Below are positions 32,868-40,722 of a stretch of DNA of 40,722 bases, piece by piece (within the stretch, counting starts at the first letter, position 1; each line of letters begins with the position of its first letter). The DNA is from a virus (taxonomy: Duplodnaviria; Caudoviricetes), in the IMG/VR virus record IMGVR_UViG_3300036793_000151, positions 1 through 40,722 of that record; one strand, written 5' to 3'. A program made the position numbers and the translations under genes. Under the pieces are notes generated by a model. That model had not been told where the DNA came from and did not search any database. It was given only the letters and a program-made list of their open reading frames with translations.

Positions 32868-35495
32868 GTTGCCCCGGTAGAAGCCGCGGAAGTCGAGCGG
32901 CGTGCCGGAGTAGATGTGCCGGATCTTGTAGGTGATCTTGTCCGAGGTGAACACCGAGCCCACCGTGACGTCGGACTGCACAAGCAGGTCGGGGTCCTGC
33001 TTGCCCTGGTAGAAGCCGAGCTCGATGGTGGGCACCATCGCGGGATCCCCAGCGAGGAACCAGGTTCCCGGGGCGAGCGCGGAGAAGTAATCCACCACGA
33101 TCGGGGTCAGCCCCTGGTGAATGTTGGGGGTGTTGGTCGGGCCGGCCGGGGTCGCGGGGATCGCGACGGCGGAGGTGCACAGCTGGAAGGCCAGCTCCTC
33201 CAGGTCGGACGGCACGATCAGGAACTTCGGCACGATCGACAGCAGGTCGGTGCTGTCGCCGAACGCCGACTGCTTGCGCATCTTCTTGCGGCCCAACGAC
33301 AGGTTGGTCTGCGAGAGGGTGTTGCCGGCGTCGAGGTTGTTGTGCCCGGCCGCGAACAGCGCGGTCGAGTCGAAGCTGCAGACCGCGTTGGACTGCAGCA
33401 TGTCCCAGACGAACCGGAACAGGGTCTGCGCGGCCGCCAGGCCGAGCTTCACCGGGATCCGGGTCACGGCCCGCAGGTCGTCGTTGGCGATCGTCTCGAT
33501 GGTCAGGTCCTCGGTGCCACCACGCTTGGTGATCCCGTAGGTCGCCTCCTCGTTGCCGGGCGTGGCCAGCGGCTGGTAGGGCGCGCCCTGGTTCACACCA
33601 GGCAGCACCCCGTAGCCACCGAGACGCTCGATGCGCTGCGTCCGGAAGTCGTTGACCGGCACCATCGAGGAGATGATGTTGCGCCAGGTCGCCAGCGTCG
33701 GCTGGTTGTACTCGGCGACCATGCGCCGGGTGACCGAGTCGCCCAGGATGGTGTTCCACGTGCCGGACACGACCGACTCCGTGGAGCGCAGCGACGAATC
33801 GAAACCTTCGCCGCCGCCGACCGACTCGGACAGCACCTTGCGGTTGAAGTCCTCGCTGTCGAGAATCCGCGGCCGGTAGCCGGTGATGTCGACGAAGGCC
33901 TCCTTCAGGGACCGGTAGCCCTTGGAGAAGTCGCCGTCGAACGAGGCATTCAGCGCCTCGATCTTCTTGTCCATCGATTCCTTGGCGACCTCGACCGACT
34001 GGATCGTCGGGGTAAGGCCCTGCTTCTCGAAGCCGGCCAGCAGACCCTTCACCGTCTCGACCTGGGCGAGCAGCTCGCCCTCGGTGAAGTTCTCCGCCAG
34101 CAGGCCGGTAACGGTCTCGACCACGCGGGTCGTGGCGGTCTCCGCGAAGCCGGCGCCAGACACCGCCTCACGGATGGCCATCTTGCCGACGAGAGACTTG
34201 CTCTCGTACTTCGGTGCGTCCTTGTCGTCGACGACCTTGACGGATTCCTTGGTGCCTTCGGCCGCAGGGGCTTCAGAGGCGAGACCGACGGCAGCGCGCT
34301 GCTCGGGGGTCGCGGTCTTGAGCAGCTCGAGCAGCTCTTCTACCGTTGCCGGCATCTCATTCTCCTTCTGTGCAGTGTCTAGCCCGCCGGCCACCATGCG
34401 AGTGGCTCGGCCTCCGGCAGCCGGGTCGGCTACCACGTCCGCTGAATTCACGGAGAGGATCTTGGTTGCTTCCGACAGCCGGCGGCCGCCGTCCACGATC
34501 GTTCGGTAGTTGGCCATCACGTCATGGCTGATACCGACCAGACCGGCGAGGCCGGCTTCCTGCGCAGCGAGAGACGCGTCCAGCGCCTCCGCCGTGTGAG
34601 TGGCCGACGGCAGCAGGTGCAGGTCGCCGTAGATGCCGTCCTCCTTGGCCTCGACGTCGCGGTAGGAACCGACCAGGCCGAGGATGGTGGACGTCTTGAG
34701 CTCGGCCTCGGTGCGGTGATGGTCATAGGCCTTGGCGCCCTCGTACAGCGAGACCGCCTCGGTCAGCACGTCGGCGGGGTAGCGGCGCATGTTCTTCGAG
34801 TCGCCGTTGGCGATGATCCGGACACCGAAGATCCGGCCGCCCGCCGCGTCCTCACCCTTCGCCTCGATCAGGTGGCCGGTGATGGAGTCCGCTTCCTTGC
34901 GCGACTCGGTCACCGGCTCGTCCGCTGCGAGCGGCTCGTAAGTCGTGGTGGCCTGCACCTCGATAGGTGTGCCCAGGGTTACCGCCCCGGCTGCGTCCAT
35001 CGAGTAGGTGACCTTGAACTGGTCGTTGCTCATCCCGGAGCAGTAGACGGCCCAATCCGGGCCGATGTCCTGCACGTAGATGTAGACGTCGTTGTCGAGC
35101 TTGTTGCCGATGGCGTCGGCCTGCTGCTCGAGCTTGTCCTCGATCGCCGCCTGCACGATGCGCCGGATCTCGTCGAACGAGCCTGCTGTCACTGCCTCGG
35201 TTGTCGCCTGCGGTGCGGGCAGCTCGTCGATCTTCGTCAGCTCCGCCGAGGACAGGCCCAGGTAGTGACCCGTGGGCTTCCAGCCGTCACCGTCCTTGGC
35301 GTACATCTCGACGCGGGCGGCCGGCTCGACGTCGTTGCCTTCGACCTTGACCGGCACAGCCGGGACCTTGCCCTTGTGCACCGACTTGACGCGGCCCTTG
35401 GCCACGCCGCTCGACGCCGACCAGGACACGAAGTCCTTGGCCTTCACGGAGACCACCGCGCCCTCGGTGAGGCGCCCGGTACGACGGCGCGACAT
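32865..35495 (-). CDS. Fused prohead protease, scaffold and major capsid protein (Mu gpT-like) with extra N-terminal domains
   Basis: Protease motifs SKNMRRYP, AYDHH, GISH, SADVVADPAAGG; capsid motifs VNDFR, TIETIANDDL, PKFLIVP, YKIRHIY..DFRG; 876 aa. Confidence 0.88.
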   Translation of the reverse strand: MSRRRTGRLTEGAVVSVKAKDFVSWSASSGVAKGRVKSVHKGKVPAVPVKVEGNDVEPAARVEMYAKDGDGWKPTGHYLGLSSAELTKIDELPAPQATTEAVTAGSFDEIRRIVQAAIEDKLEQQADAIGNKLDNDVYIYVQDIGPDWAVYCSGMSNDQFKVTYSMDAAGAVTLGTPIEVQATTTYEPLAADEPVTESRKEADSITGHLIEAKGEDAAGGRIFGVRIIANGDSKNMRRYPADVLTEAVSLYEGAKAYDHHRTEAELKTSTILGLVGSYRDVEAKEDGIYGDLHLLPSATHTAEALDASLAAQEAGLAGLVGISHDVMANYRTIVDGGRRLSEATKILSVNSADVVADPAAGGRATRMVAGGLDTAQKENEMPATVEELLELLKTATPEQRAAVGLASEAPAAEGTKESVKVVDDKDAPKYESKSLVGKMAIREAVSGAGFAETATTRVVETVTGLLAENFTEGELLAQVETVKGLLAGFEKQGLTPTIQSVEVAKESMDKKIEALNASFDGDFSKGYRSLKEAFVDITGYRPRILDSEDFNRKVLSESVGGGEGFDSSLRSTESVVSGTWNTILGDSVTRRMVAEYNQPTLATWRNIISSMVPVNDFRTQRIERLGGYGVLPGVNQGAPYQPLATPGNEEATYGITKRGGTEDLTIETIANDDLRAVTRIPVKLGLAAAQTLFRFVWDMLQSNAVCSFDSTALFAAGHNNLDAGNTLSQTNLSLGRKKMRKQSAFGDSTDLLSIVPKFLIVPSDLEELAFQLCTSAVAIPATPAGPTNTPNIHQGLTPIVVDYFSALAPGTWFLAGDPAMVPTIELGFYQGKQDPDLLVQSDVTVGSVFTSDKITYKIRHIYSGTPLDFRGFYRGN

Positions 35496-35764
35496 CAGTC
35501 AGCCAGGATCTGCGGTGCGGTCGACGGCGCCTTCAGCCACACGAAGTCACCATCGCTGATGAGGTAGCGCTGGCCGTCGAACGTGGTTGCGACGGTGCCC
35601 GCCTCGGTGTCCTCGACCGAGGTCACCTCGGACTCGTAGCAGCCGAGGACCTTTGCAGCCTCGGCGATATCGGTGCTGGCGTTGTCATCAGCGGCCGCGG
35701 TCGCGGCCGCAGCGGCGTCGGCGTCGCTCGAGGCAGCCGACTTGGGGGTGCGTGTCATGGTCAA
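35495..35764 (-). CDS. Small acidic hypothetical protein
   Basis: Coupled between portal and capsid genes; RBS AAGGAG. Confidence 0.7.
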   Translation of the reverse strand: MTMTRTPKSAASSDADAAAAATAAADDNASTDIAEAAKVLGCYESEVTSVEDTEAGTVATTFDGQRYLISDGDFVWLKAPSTAPQILAD

Positions 35765-37311
35765 GCTCCTTGCTGGTCGGTGTTGGCGGGATCGGCGTAG
35801 GGCGAGCTCACGATCAATTTCCGGACGGTCGCGGTGCCGTTCGCGACCCTGGCCTTGGCTGAGTCGGCGGCGGCCTGCTGGGCGTCATCGACTGCCTGAG
35901 TGATGTCGTCGACGTTGACGTCCGGGCCGTCGAGCTCGGAGGTGTACGGGACGCCGGCGTACTGCTCCCACGCTTTCTGCGCGAGGATCTTGCCCGCAGG
36001 GACCGAGAGCGTGCCGTTGGCCAGCATCACGTCGATGCCCTGCGCCAACTTCAGCAACGTCGTCGCCGTGGCCGATGCCTCGGCGACGGCGATCTCCGGT
36101 CCGGTGATCTTCACCGTCTCCGAAGGCGTGACCTTGTCGTCGCCGGCGGGACCGGACTTGGCATCGGTGGCTTCCACCATGGCCGGTAGCCGACCGGCGC
36201 GGACGGCCTGGTCGACGGCGTAGCGGGCGAGCTCGGTCTGGTAGGCGAGCCACACGTTCTGCACGCCGCTGACTCGACGCAGCACCGGCTCGGCCATCGA
36301 CAGCGACGTCGCGCGGTTGGCGTTGTCGGGGTCGGCCAGCCAGTGCTTGGCCAGGCCAGCGCCGGAGGCGATCGAGGTCAGGATGTCCTTGGCAGCGCCG
36401 GAGTCCTCTTGCGCACCGGACTGCGCGGACTGCGGCTTCCAGATGACCTTTTCGTTGTGCGCCTCGATCGTGCCCGAACGCGGGATGTGTGTGCCGCCGC
36501 GGGATTTCACCCACGCGTCGATCTCGGTCTGGGTGGCGCCCTCGAGGGTCACGTCCCACGTGAGGTAGCGGGCCAGGGCGGTCCGGTCGATCAGGTTGGA
36601 CAGCACGTCGTCGTAGTCGTCGAGCCAGTCCAGGATCGGACCGAGGAACGGCTGCCCGCGGCGGTCCTCGAGCGTGGTCTTCCACGACGGCCACCACTGC
36701 ACGTTGCCGCCGCGCAGCTCGGTCATGTCGTCGATGCAGGCCACGTCCAGGGTCCGGTCATCGGCGGCCGGTGTGGAGATGACCAGCTTGGACGGCCACA
36801 GTGGGTTGCCGTCCTGCAGGCCGACGGAGACCACCCGGGTCGTGGCGATCGGTGAGAAGCGGGTGACGCCGGTGAGCGGGCCGACCATCATCTCGAGCGC
36901 CGTTTCGCCCATCAGCATGTGGTCGCGGAGCAGCAGCTCCTGGATGCCGTTGAGGTTGTTGCGCGGGTCGTTCCAGAACTTCTGCACGACGCGCATCACG
37001 TCGGCGTTGCCGCACTGGATCGTCAGCCCGGAATCGCCGACCACGAACGAGGTGTAGGTGTCGATGATCGCCCGGGCCATCGGGTTGAGCCGGTAAGCGG
37101 CGACGGAGTAGGCCCGCTGCTTTTCCAGAGTCCACTGCGGCGTCTCCCGCGAGCCGGCTCCGATCTGTCGGAAGCCGACGTCGCCGTCGATCGGGTCGAC
37201 CGCGAACTGGCCGCCGGCCGCGCCGCTGGTGACCAGCTGGTCGAGAGAGGCTTCCGTCGATCGGGTGGCAGCCGGTTCGGGTCGCCCGAACAAGTCCTTG
37301 ATCCACCCCAT
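35761..37311 (-). CDS. Portal protein
   Basis: 516 aa after TerL; AYRLNPMARAIIDTYTSFVVG...ANRATSLSM portal pattern. Confidence 0.9.
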   Translation of the reverse strand: MGWIKDLFGRPEPAATRSTEASLDQLVTSGAAGGQFAVDPIDGDVGFRQIGAGSRETPQWTLEKQRAYSVAAYRLNPMARAIIDTYTSFVVGDSGLTIQCGNADVMRVVQKFWNDPRNNLNGIQELLLRDHMLMGETALEMMVGPLTGVTRFSPIATTRVVSVGLQDGNPLWPSKLVISTPAADDRTLDVACIDDMTELRGGNVQWWPSWKTTLEDRRGQPFLGPILDWLDDYDDVLSNLIDRTALARYLTWDVTLEGATQTEIDAWVKSRGGTHIPRSGTIEAHNEKVIWKPQSAQSGAQEDSGAAKDILTSIASGAGLAKHWLADPDNANRATSLSMAEPVLRRVSGVQNVWLAYQTELARYAVDQAVRAGRLPAMVEATDAKSGPAGDDKVTPSETVKITGPEIAVAEASATATTLLKLAQGIDVMLANGTLSVPAGKILAQKAWEQYAGVPYTSELDGPDVNVDDITQAVDDAQQAAADSAKARVANGTATVRKLIVSSPYADPANTDQQGA

Positions 37312-37324
37312 CGCTGTACCCCCC

Positions 37325-39001
37325 TTAGATGTTGAGTCGGCCGTTGCCGCGGAACGGGTTGCCGGCCTCGGACGTCACCGCGGCCGAAGCGCCGGCGGCC
37401 GCGACAGTCGGGACGACGCGCTGGGTGGCGATGTCGTAGCCGAACACTGCGGAGACGATCGCGTCGATGTGGGAGCGGGCGTTCTTCTTGTCCAACATCA
37501 CGCCGGCGCTGGTGAGCTTCGTCGTGGCGTTGGCCGCGTGACGGGCCAGCGCGGGATTGCCGTCGTGAGTGAAGTCCTCACCGATCACGGCGTCGAAGAA
37601 CAGCGCGGTGGCGGGCACCATGCGGGTCGCGGTGTTCGGGTACTCCACTACCGGTATGCCTTGCTCGTCGAGCTCGCGGAACACATCGAGCCAGCGCGCC
37701 GGGTCGAAGACGATGCAGTCGACGTCGAGATCCCACCGCAGCTTGAGGAACCGGCCGTCGACCTTGCCGCCCGGCTTGACCTCGGCCTGTCGGTAGAGCG
37801 CCGGCAGGATCGACTTCACCTCACCGACCGGGACGTGCCAGTCGGTTGTCTTCTCGGGCCGCTCCCACAAACCCAGCAGGGTCAGATGAGGTTTGGCGCC
37901 GCCGAGCAGCCACGCGGTGATGGCGGTCGAGTCGTTGCTGAACGAGCCGTCGAACTGCACGACCGCCCGCTCGCCGGGAATGGGCTTGCGCCGCGGCGCC
38001 GCGAGCTTTTCCCATCGGCCATCGGGCAGCCATGAGGTGACGGTCTGCACCCAGATGTTCAGGCGCTTGGCTTTGAAGTCCGCCTCGGGTAGCCGCTTGG
38101 CCCGGTCGGCCATGTTGTCCAGGTGCAGGAAGTCGCCGAGGGCGGGATTGGAGTCCGGCCAGTGCTTCGGGTCGAGGTAGTTGTCGCCCTTCTTGAGCTC
38201 GGTCTCATAGATCCGCGCTCCGAACCGCAGATCCTTCTCCTCGCCGGACATGACCTTCTTGGCTCGCTGGTACTCGCGGAAGCAGATGGTGGGCGTGCCG
38301 TCGCTGTAGTTCGTGACGCCCTTGGTGGTGATCACGATGGTCAGCGGCTGGTCGCGGGTGTCCGAGCCCTGGTTCATGACGTTCCACAGATCGTCGTCGA
38401 TCTGGGTGTGCAGCTCGTCGAAGATCACCCGCGACGGGTTGAGCCCTTCCTGGAGCCGCGACTCTCTCGACAACACCCTGTAGACCGAGCCGGTCGCCGC
38501 GTACTCGATGACCTTCGAGGACCGATAGATCTTCAGGTGCTTGGACAGCACGGGGGAGAGCTCGACCGCGGCGACGACCTCGGCGAACACCAGCGATGCC
38601 TGCTCGCGGGAGCCGGCGCACGAGTACACCTCGGCGCCAGGCTCGTCGAACATGCCGTCCAGGGCGAAGCCGCCACCGAGCAACGACTTCGAGTTCTTCC
38701 GGCTGATGAAGATCTCGTACGTCGTGTACATCCGCACGCCACGGTTGTTCAGCCGAAGAGCGTCGCTGATCAGGTCGCCCTGCCAGTGCCGCAGCTGCAC
38801 CAGCTGCCCTCGCGCAACACCCTTGGTCAACCGCATCGTCGAGCCGATGAACTCGCAGGTGCGAAGGCCGTCAGTGTTGGCGTCGGTCCACTTAGTCTTG
38901 GCCGGATCCCACAGCGCGTTTCCGCGCGGTAGCTCGGTCGGGAACCTTGGCGGCGCGCCGCGGGGCAGTCCTTCGCGCAACGATGTCGACCTCGCCGTCA
39001 C
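37325..39001 (-). CDS. terL: Terminase large subunit
   Basis: LRHWQ adenine motif, RKNSKS Walker A variant, VIFDELH Walker B, FDGSFSNDSTA nuclease motif, HIDAIVS. Confidence 0.95.
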   Translation of the reverse strand: MTARSTSLREGLPRGAPPRFPTELPRGNALWDPAKTKWTDANTDGLRTCEFIGSTMRLTKGVARGQLVQLRHWQGDLISDALRLNNRGVRMYTTYEIFISRKNSKSLLGGGFALDGMFDEPGAEVYSCAGSREQASLVFAEVVAAVELSPVLSKHLKIYRSSKVIEYAATGSVYRVLSRESRLQEGLNPSRVIFDELHTQIDDDLWNVMNQGSDTRDQPLTIVITTKGVTNYSDGTPTICFREYQRAKKVMSGEEKDLRFGARIYETELKKGDNYLDPKHWPDSNPALGDFLHLDNMADRAKRLPEADFKAKRLNIWVQTVTSWLPDGRWEKLAAPRRKPIPGERAVVQFDGSFSNDSTAITAWLLGGAKPHLTLLGLWERPEKTTDWHVPVGEVKSILPALYRQAEVKPGGKVDGRFLKLRWDLDVDCIVFDPARWLDVFRELDEQGIPVVEYPNTATRMVPATALFFDAVIGEDFTHDGNPALARHAANATTKLTSAGVMLDKKNARSHIDAIVSAVFGYDIATQRVVPTVAAAGASAAVTSEAGNPFRGNGRLNI

Positions 39002-39521
39002 CCGGCTTCACCTCCGCGACTCCTAGACGGCCACGGTCGGACGGGTTGAATCCGCACAGCGACTCGAGCTTCACGACCTCAGCGAGAACGCCGCGCAGCT
39101 GGCTGAACGCTGGATGCGCGACCAGGCCGCCGCGCTGACCTTTGGTGAACGGCCCGTCTTCCTCGAGCACGAGTCGCAGGTGCAGCTCGTCGATGCGACC
39201 GAGGCAGATCCGGGTCAGCACGTCCAGGTCGGTGCGCACTGACAACCACGACTTGCCGGCCGACCAGAGCCGGGTCCATGCCTCGGCGCCGACCTCGGCC
39301 AGGCAGACCTCGCACGGCCTGGCCGGATCACGCGCCCGGGCGACATAGCAGTTGTCCGCGCCGTCGGTCGTCCGCAGCCGAACAGGTACCGGCGGGATCT
39401 CGGCCACCCCGGGCATCTGCGTAACGGTGCTCGCGTCGGGCAGCTTGCGGCCGGCGATGTCTCGCGTGGCCGAGCGAGCGTGCCGGCGTTTCTGCTCGAG
39501 CGGCTTGGTCGGGCGCCCCAT
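38892..39521 (-). CDS. terS: Terminase small subunit (P27-like)
   Basis: MGRPTKP N-terminus, HPAFSQL...GFNPSDRGRLGV. Confidence 0.88.
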   Translation of the reverse strand: MGRPTKPLEQKRRHARSATRDIAGRKLPDASTVTQMPGVAEIPPVPVRLRTTDGADNCYVARARDPARPCEVCLAEVGAEAWTRLWSAGKSWLSVRTDLDVLTRICLGRIDELHLRLVLEEDGPFTKGQRGGLVAHPAFSQLRGVLAEVVKLESLCGFNPSDRGRLGVAEVKPGDGEVDIVARRTAPRRAAKVPDRATARKRAVGSGQD

Positions 39522-39659
39522 CAGATTCCTTGATCAACAGTGATCATCGGCGCCCCAAGCTGGTGATCTGAAAAGTGGTGATCTAGCCCGAGTTTTGTTC
39601 ATCTGCAAGGTTTGGGGCTAAGCCTTCATAACATGTCCGGTTTGGAACGTATTTTGATT

Positions 39660-39953
39660 TCAGACGCCATCGATGCGCGTCCGCGTTCCCTTCGCCCGGT
39701 TGTGGCGCCGGCACAGGGTCTGACGGGGGCCGGTATGCCTACCACCATTTGCCAGCGCTACGACGTGGTCGGCAGTCAGGTCATCAGTGCTACCGCACAC
39801 CGCACACCGTGGCTCAGCCGCACGCTGTGCCCGTGCGTATGGCCTGTCGCTGTTGCGCAACGCAACCCATTGGCGTGTGTGCTCTGCACAACGCGGGCCA
39901 TGACCCAATGCGTTGCACGGATTCCCTGGCATACCAAGACATGGACGCAGCAT
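39660..39953 (-). CDS. HNH endonuclease (packaging-associated)
   Basis: RPC..C..RC..H, CAVCGSTDDLTADHV...GG...LCRRHNRAKG; directly upstream of terS. Confidence 0.88.
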   Translation of the reverse strand: MLRPCLGMPGNPCNALGHGPRCAEHTRQWVALRNSDRPYARAQRAAEPRCAVCGSTDDLTADHVVALANGGRHTGPRQTLCRRHNRAKGTRTRIDGV

Positions 39954-40277
39954 CGAGCTGCCTCTCGTCGAGTGTCGCTCCGAGCTAGACATCCTGTCGC
40001 GCGATCGCAGACAGCGGACGCCATCAGTCCGTCCAGCGGACACGAGGTGGCCGGACGATGTGGCCTGGCGTCGCAGGTCGCTGCCTTGGACCGCGCACCG
40101 AAAGGTGTGAGCGCGCTTGCATCAGCCTTGCCCGCCACGTTGCGGGGATTGACGACACCAGGCCACGCACATCAGCAGACCAAGGCCGGTATGCGGGTCA
40201 ACACATGACGAAGGACCGGCGAGATTGAAGCTCGTCGGTCCCCTGGGCATACGTGTGGTACTGCGTTCGGCTGTAGA
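39954..40277. ncRNA. Candidate structured non-coding RNA
   Basis: No credible ORF; long helix 40060-40073/40153-40166, GAAA hairpin, potential pseudoknot, 11-bp hairpin 40213-40241. Confidence 0.35.
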
Positions 40278-40505
40278 TTACACGCCGCATTCCCTCAACC
40301 GTGGCCAGTTGTGCCGCTGGCGTGTCGAAGCCAAGCCCAACCGAACCACGTCATCGAGGTCATACAGCACCCGGCCACGCTGATCAGGACCGTGCCGGGT
40401 CAGCACCCCGTCCGATGCCCAGTTGCGGATGGTGCCAGCCGGCACACCGGTGACAGCCTCGATCGCCGGCGCATCCAGCAACACACGACCCAACGCCATC
40501 GTCAC
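40278..40505 (-). CDS. MerR-like HTH DNA-binding protein
   Basis: AIEAVTGVPAGTIRNWASDGVLTRHGPDQRGRVLYDLDDV. Confidence 0.82.
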   Translation of the reverse strand: MTMALGRVLLDAPAIEAVTGVPAGTIRNWASDGVLTRHGPDQRGRVLYDLDDVVRLGLASTRQRHNWPRLRECGV

Positions 40506-40526
40506 AGCCGATCTACTCTGACCATC

Positions 40527-40722
40527 ATGGCAAAGCTACGACAACAACCAGACGGAACATGGGCCGAGATCACACCACTCGCGTGCCCGAAGTGTGGCGC
40601 TGACTGGCGGCCGCGCGGATCGTTCACCAACTCATCCACCGGCGGCGTGAGCGGCCGGATCTGGACATGCAACACCTGCGGCAATGAGACCCGGGACCGC
40701 ATCGAAGGCCATCGCCCAGGTA
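40527..40722 (+). CDS. Zn-ribbon protein spanning the window junction
   Basis: MAKLRQQPDGTWAEITPLACPKCG...WTCNTCGNE...; no stop before the right end; continues as ATC GCT ACC TGA into nt 1-11. Confidence 0.65.
   Translation, partial: MAKLRQQPDGTWAEITPLACPKCGADWRPRGSFTNSSTGGVSGRIWTCNTCGNETRDRIEGHRPG

Larger units (their letters stand above)
1..40722. mobile_element. Complete temperate actinobacteriophage (siphovirus) genome, circularly permuted, unintegrated
   Basis: Full set of packaging, head, tail, lysis, integrase/repressor and replication modules; no host genes; intact attP; ORF continuity across the end/start junction. Confidence 0.92.

Noticed and set aside
15456-39026. Many long + strand ORFs opposite structural genes (e.g. 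24078-25577, 30071-31714, 32916-34382)
   Set aside because: Antisense shadows expected from high GC3 codon bias; no motifs or coupling
40060-40190. Hammerhead or HDV-like ribozyme in the structured gap
   Set aside because: CUGAUG is not followed by A with a matching GAAA on the same strand, and segment lengths do not fit the HDV P3/P1.1/P4 layout; kept only as an unclassified RNA candidate
39776-40208. ORFs 39776-40138 (-) and 39612-40208 (+) covering the structured gap
   Set aside because: Both overlap the HNH gene extensively, lack an RBS and have no protein-like motifs
1-40722. CRISPR array, diversity-generating retroelement, retron or IS element
   Set aside because: No repeat-spacer array, no reverse transcriptase motif, no TR/VR pair and no transposase seen

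Overview
The window looks like one complete, circularly permuted genome of a temperate, high-GC siphovirus infecting Actinobacteria, in its unintegrated form. attP is intact, and a + strand ORF starting at 40527 runs off the right end and stops in frame at nt 9-11 if the ends are joined. Most genes are on the minus strand. The late arm (39953 down to 15537) encodes HNH, terminase small and large subunits, portal, a protease-capsid fusion, head accessories, neck and tail genes, a tail chaperone with a probable -1 frameshift, tape measure, minor tail proteins and lysis genes. The holin is followed by a tightly coupled hydrolase block: a PLD-family enzyme, a permuted NlpC/P60 enzyme, a small membrane peptide and a papain-like C1 protease. 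A short + strand lysogeny island (12978-15493) holds an integration-dependent immunity module (attP matching the 3' half of tRNA-Lys(CTT) inside the repressor gene, ssrA-like tails on repressor and integrase), a second XRE protein and a lipoprotein. The early arm (12853 down to 14) encodes a Cro/Xis-like protein, a lipoprotein with a LAXTG sorting signal, two ParB-fold proteins (one ending in an Lsr2-like domain), a replication initiator with internal iterons and many small hypotheticals. A highly structured intergenic segment at about 39954-40277 is an ncRNA candidate. All calls come from reading motifs and synteny by eye; no database searches were run.
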